A DNA stretch of 62,900 nt, counting the filler, from Globobulimina sp. (lineage: Eukaryota), in the NCBI GenBank assembly GCA_003354225.1. It is 24 parts of 24 records of this genome, joined end to end, with 100 filler letters (N's around TTAATTAATTAA, not from the genome) between each part and the next. Parts side by side here need not be neighbours in the genome. Positions count along the whole stretch, not along the records: positions 57,757 to 60,278 come from PIVH01006184.1; positions 60,379 to 62,900 come from PIVH01006185.1; 22 more parts are not named here. One strand, given 5' to 3'. Shown in pieces: positions 58,361-62,900 of this stretch. Both the position numbers and the translations under genes were made by a program. The number at the start of each line of letters is the position of its first letter. The stretch's first letter is position 1. The notes under the pieces are model-generated. The model made no database searches. It was not told where the DNA came from and worked only from the letters and a program-made list of their open reading frames with translations.

Positions 58361-59947
58361 TCACACTGTCAAATGATTCCAATCCTTAGAAACCGTTGTT
58401 AGTTTTTGCAGCGCATAATTGTATTTATTCGCCAAATATGGTGTCAGTTTACGTTTATCAATCAACAGCATTCCGTTATTGTATTGATTGGTTACAGCAT
58501 TTATCGGAGGCTGCCATAATGACAATTCGTTAATTATAAACTCTCCCAATTTGCCCTTTTCATGCAGTGCGCCTCTACAATGTTTACCTTTGCCGACAAT
58601 AATTCGTATCATTTTATCGGAATTATTCAATTCCATCAACTCCTTCACTTTGTAGGCAAACAAATATCGAATCACAAATTGAGCCTCAGCCTGTTGAAAA
58701 CCATGCAAATCCACTAAATTATCTGTATAATATCCAATCCATTGTTTATCCAATAAATATTCAAATACGTTGACAATTTCCATTGGATTACTATCTGCAT
58801 ACAAAAATATAGCACCTTCCAACTGTGTTTTGGCCAAAATCGGTGTTATTTCTAATCCATATAATGAGGATTCATCATATATTACATCCTTCAATTTTAC
58901 ATATAATTTATATTTATCTTCAAAATCACGCTTGTTTGATGCAATTAAATGTGAAATAGAATGACATTTCAAATGCAACATAGCCTCACTACATATATTC
59001 CTGTCATCGTTTAACCATTTTTCAAGAATATCAATGCATTTCTTATAATTTCCGATAGAAACGCAACATTTCATAACAGTCATAACTCCGATTTCATTCA
59101 AATATAATCCATTTATTTGCTTTATAATATGTAAAACGTTTTTAATTTCTTTGAAATCGCCACATTGAGCACATACATCCAAATATGCATTGATTGTCGG
59201 TAAATGATAGGTTAATTCATTGCATTTTGCTTTATCAATATATTGATAAAATAATTGTTTCCCTTTGTCAAACTGATGAGATCTGCCATATATTGTTATC
59301 ATTTGAGTATAGATCAATTCATTTGGTGTTAACTTATATTTATTTATCATTGCATTCCAACACTTTTCTGCTTGTTTATATTTGCATCTTTTTGTAAATG
59401 CTTTTAGCAGAATGCCAAAAGTTATGATATCCGGCGTCAAATTATATTCATTGAGCAGTGCCTCAAAACATTGAATAATTATTTCCATTGATTTTGAGGA
59501 ATTTGACCGTGTCATACTATTCATAAATACATGGCATTCCGTTAATGTTGGTGTAATGTTTGGATTTGCTAATAATAAATGCATAATTGTTTCAACTGAT
59601 TTCCAATCTCTTAATACATTGCATTTTTGCATAGCTTTGCCATACATTGCTGCAGTTTTAATATCAATATCATATTTTTTAACAATTTCAAGAATTTTCA
59701 CACTTTCTGTTGCTGCGTCAAGCAATCGCTTCACTTTATAGTCATTCTTGCATTGCAGCTGACTGGTTTCAATCAAAGATGGTGTTTTCACAAATTTTCC
59801 ATGTCCTGATACATAATTAGATTGTGACTGATCTAATTTCATGCTGTGACTTCTATTTATTAATTCATTTGTATGCATATGTTGGTATCTCTTGCATACA
59901 GACAAATAATATCTGATTTTGGAAGATATAGTTACAGAAAGTGCCAT
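58361..59947 (-). CDS. PPR-SMR protein
   Basis: PPR repeats (LTPDIITFGILLKAF; LTPNELIYTQMITIYGR) and a C-terminal SMR domain (VDLHG, IIVGKGKH, NNGML). Confidence 0.9.
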   Translation of the reverse strand: MALSVTISSKIRYYLSVCKRYQHMHTNELINRSHSMKLDQSQSNYVSGHGKFVKTPSLIETSQLQCKNDYKVKRLLDAATESVKILEIVKKYDIDIKTAAMYGKAMQKCNVLRDWKSVETIMHLLLANPNITPTLTECHVFMNSMTRSNSSKSMEIIIQCFEALLNEYNLTPDIITFGILLKAFTKRCKYKQAEKCWNAMINKYKLTPNELIYTQMITIYGRSHQFDKGKQLFYQYIDKAKCNELTYHLPTINAYLDVCAQCGDFKEIKNVLHIIKQINGLYLNEIGVMTVMKCCVSIGNYKKCIDILEKWLNDDRNICSEAMLHLKCHSISHLIASNKRDFEDKYKLYVKLKDVIYDESSLYGLEITPILAKTQLEGAIFLYADSNPMEIVNVFEYLLDKQWIGYYTDNLVDLHGFQQAEAQFVIRYLFAYKVKELMELNNSDKMIRIIVGKGKHCRGALHEKGKLGEFIINELSLWQPPINAVTNQYNNGMLLIDKRKLTPYLANKYNYALQKLTTVSKDWNHLTV

Positions 59948-60068
59948 TATGTAATTTCTTACTCGAGTAATATCAACCCATTTTCATCAAGAATAAATAA
60001 ACTAAATGACAACAACAAACACTGCATGCAATTAAGATCTTTGATTAGAATCAAACACAATGAAACAA

Positions 60069-60278
60069 TCACTTTACGGATAAATAAATAATCAAAGCAA
60101 TAACACCCAATAATATTAATATAACAACACACCATAACACTTTCATCAATGCTTGTCTCCTTCCCATTGTATTTATGGTTCTTCCCATTCTGCCTAACAA
60201 AGTATTTCCAGCTATTAAATTTGCTTTGATTTTGTCAATGACAGTGCTTTGTTGATACAAATTCTCCTCAATATCAAT
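60069..60278 (-). CDS. Qb-SNARE (Vti1/Gos1-like) C-terminus with TM anchor, 5'-truncated
   Basis: NLYQQSTVIDKIKANL..LGRMGRTINTMGRR..KVLWCVVILILLGVIALIIYL. Confidence 0.75.
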   Translation of the reverse strand: MDIEENLYQQSTVIDKIKANLIAGNTLLGRMGRTINTMGRRQALMKVLWCVVILILLGVIALIIYLSVK

Positions 60279-60378
60279 NNNNNNNNNNNNNNNNNNNNNN
60301 NNNNNNNNNNNNNNNNNNNNNNTTAATTAATTAANNNNNNNNNNNNNNNNNNNNNNNNNNNNNNNNNNNNNNNNNNNN

Positions 60379-60677
60379 AACACGTTACTGCTACTCTTTC
60401 TATGTCAGATTTCATCTCTAATCATTCTGTAATAGGAACAGGGTACGACATTTTCATAAATGAAGAACGTGAAATAGTTGGCACAGTGTCATGGCGATAC
60501 GAAATGGATCTAACGGGATGTTGCTATTGTTGTTGCATATTATTTTGTTGCTTATTTCCTTTATGTTGCAGAAAATGTAAACATTATGAAAAGAGAGGAC
60601 AAAACACATTTAAATTTAATATAAACGATAAAAACAATCCAAAAATATGTTTTGTGCTGACTGAATATGAGAAATGA
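60379..60677 (+). CDS. Small NTF2/SnoaL-like protein with Cys-rich insert, 5'-truncated
   Basis: ORF with GCCYCCCILFCCLFPLCC. The N-terminus is preserved in the downstream duplicate (VDALCGLMTED...GIDNYREHV). Confidence 0.5.
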
Positions 60678-60860
60678 ATTAAAAAATGTAAACATTCTCC
60701 ATCTGTTTGCGGATTCATTTTAAACACTCACCATCAACATTTGCATTTTGCAAAGTATATTTACTACATTTCATTTTTTTTTCATCATTAACATGTAATT
60801 CGTTTTACATTTTGAAAATCAGCAAAATGTTTTTGAAAAATCATCACTAAATATCTTGTC

Positions 60861-61143
60861 ATGTCACAATTTAACAATGACTCCGAACAGATACCAACAA
60901 TCGAAGAGAATCTGAAAATAAAGTTAAAAAAACTGATGGCTGATTATTTTAAAACAAATTCAAGTCCAACCAATGTTGACGCATTGTGTGGTTTAATGAC
61001 TGAAGATATTGAGGCTTTGCATATTCGAGCAGATATAAATGGAATTGACAATTATAGGGAACACGTTGCTGCTACTCTTTCTATGTCAGATTTCATCTCT
61101 AATCATTCTGTAATCGGAACAGTGAAATAGTTGGCACAGTGTC
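60861..61143 (+). pseudogene. Truncated tandem duplicate of the 60379-60677 gene
   Basis: 61060-61143 matches 60379-60490 apart from about 2 substitutions and a 28-nt deletion that creates an early stop; similarity ends at 61143. Confidence 0.75.
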
Positions 61144-62148
61144 CCCAGAAGAAAAGACCCAGCTGACTTAAAACGTGAAGCCAGACCAAAATTAGAATCA
61201 TTTATGAGAGATAATGGTATTTGGCAGATTGATTTGTTTGATTTACTCACTGACGAATATGAAATATATTCACCCGAAGAAGTGAACGAATGTCGGACCG
61301 ATCCCGACTGGGTTCACCAATTCTTAATCGATGCGAAACAGTGTGGTGTTATGGGAAAACATGCCAATACATTGGCTGCATTTTGTGGCAAAAAATCTAA
61401 GAAAAAAAAGAAAAAAAAAGTCGCCGAACAAAAACAACGGGCGCCGCGGCAAAAAGGTCAACCAATCAAAAACTTATATTTTTTTAACGTTTATTTCAGT
61501 TTTAAACTGCAAAATTGGTAAATAATTTTCAGTTTGAAACTGAAACATTTGGCAGCTTTCAGTTTGAAACTGAAAATATGGTACTTTTTTGTTGAAATAG
61601 ATGACGAAGAGATGAAGATTGAGGCACGCCCAAAACTGGAGAAATATTTGCGAGCTCATGATGTTTGGCAGATTGATTTGTTTGATATGATGGTGGACAA
61701 ATATCACATTTACAGTGTGTCCGACTTTGCCGCATATCAAGAAGACGAGGAGTGGGTCGATGAGTTTTTGCTGGAAGCGAAGCAATGCGGTGTTATGGGC
61801 GCAAAAGTAAAATATTTGGAGCAATTGGTTGGGCGAAGGAAAAATGTCAATAAAAAGAAGAAAAAGAAAAAGAAGAAAATGGCAGCTGCGCCGACTAAAA
61901 AAAAGGAGTTAAGTCCGGAGGAAATTGAAAATAAGGCACGAGATAAAATGGAGCCATTTATGCAAAATGAAGGATTTTGGCACAAAGATTTGTTTTTAAT
62001 ATTATTGAGATTTGATGTTTATTCGCCAGCGGATATGAATGGTTTATCCAAGTCTGATAAGAAAGAGATTATACAACAAGCAAAGCAGAAAGGATTAATT
62101 GGTGGCAAAGTTAAAAAATTCAAAGCATTCGGCACCAATTATGTTTGA
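61144..62148 (+). CDS. Protein with three SAM-like repeats separated by poly-Lys linkers; intron 61457-61600; start codon missing or at 61204
   Basis: Repeat AR(P/D)K(L/M)E.(F/Y)....W..DLF.....YS....AKQ.G..G occurs three times. Confidence 0.7.
61497..61575. repeat. Three copies of the CAGTTTNAAACTG palindrome in an intron
   Basis: Copies at 61497-61509, 61527-61545 and 61557-61575; the last two are TTTCAGTTTGAAACTGAAA. Confidence 0.95.
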
Positions 62149-62900
62149 ACTCAAATGACCTCAATTAATTCAGTTATGATATTAATATGTTGCACTTTTG
62201 TAACTGAATTAAGAAAAAACAAAAAACTTACTTAGTTATTTTGCCACGTGTATCTTGCCACCATCGCAGTTCAGTATATTCATCAAAAGAAATACAAACT
62301 CATTCAAATGATATATAAGCAATATTATATGCATTGGATTACACTCAAAAATAATGACTGCAACAACGCATATTCGCGCATTGACATCATCCACGACATT
62401 GAACCGTAACTCTGTGCAGACTGTATAGCTATAGTTTGAAACTGAGAAAACACGCATTATTTTAAGATGGTTAATATGATTGACATTGGCATCAAAATCA
62501 CGCAATAAACTTAGATTTGCATTATTTACCATAAATATAAATATATCATCAAATCATTCCCATTGACATCATCCACATTGAACCGCAACTCGGTGCTCTG
62601 ACGCCATGAAACACGGAAATATACACAAAACAAATCAGTTTGAAACTAAATGCATATTTTTTTGCATGGTTTGAAACTGAAAACATATCCACATTTATGC
62701 AGATATCGCATTGTTAGCACAAAAATCGGATTGAAGCTGAAAATTACCGATTTTATACAATTACAATTACCGATGTTAACAATATTATTCACAATCTGTG
62801 CATGCCAATAATTATAATCACAGCATACAAACAGCCAACAATTATTACATTCGGCTCATTTTTGAGTGCTATCACAATGCATATAATATAATATAATATT

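Noticed and set aside
2528-60378. Regularly spaced TTAATTAATTAA palindromes flanked by N runs
   Set aside because: Artificial six-frame-stop linkers. The periodicity reflects length-sorted contigs, and ORFs ending in XXX/LIN are artefacts.
1-62900. tRNA, rRNA or snRNA genes
   Set aside because: None recognised by eye; a tRNAscan-SE or Infernal run would be needed to exclude them.

Overview
This window is not one locus. It is 24 unrelated, length-sorted contigs of about 2.52 kb, joined by artificial 100-nt spacers (44 N + TTAATTAATTAA + 44 N), so nothing can be inferred across a spacer. Most contigs come from an AT-rich, gene-dense eukaryote with short GT-AG introns (mostly 50-180 nt) and the standard genetic code. 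The gene repertoire and style suggest a foraminiferan or other rhizarian, which is an inference. One contig (44642-47164) is bacterial. One (21016-23541) is eukaryotic in the middle with bacterial sequence fused on both ends, most likely a chimera. Recognisable genes include SYS1, class I PI3K, aldo-keto reductase, dual-specificity phosphatase, annexin, an SLC6 transporter, glycerol kinase, BBS9, PTS2-bearing malate dehydrogenase, a truncated clathrin heavy chain, sialate O-acetylesterase, a PPR-SMR protein, Vti1-like SNAREs and bacterial murD. The most interesting signal is contig 49888-52410. It carries a spliced, virus/Polinton-type D5-like SF3 helicase gene whose three introns all contain TTTGAAGTA at exactly intron positions +18 to +26. 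The gene also has a +1 frame break at its Walker A motif and is followed by a 45-bp telomere-like tandem array and a GC hairpin. A second signal is a palindrome family, TCAGTTT(G/C)AAACTGA, that clusters inside unusually long introns of unrelated genes. All family assignments come from motif recognition by eye; no database search was run.
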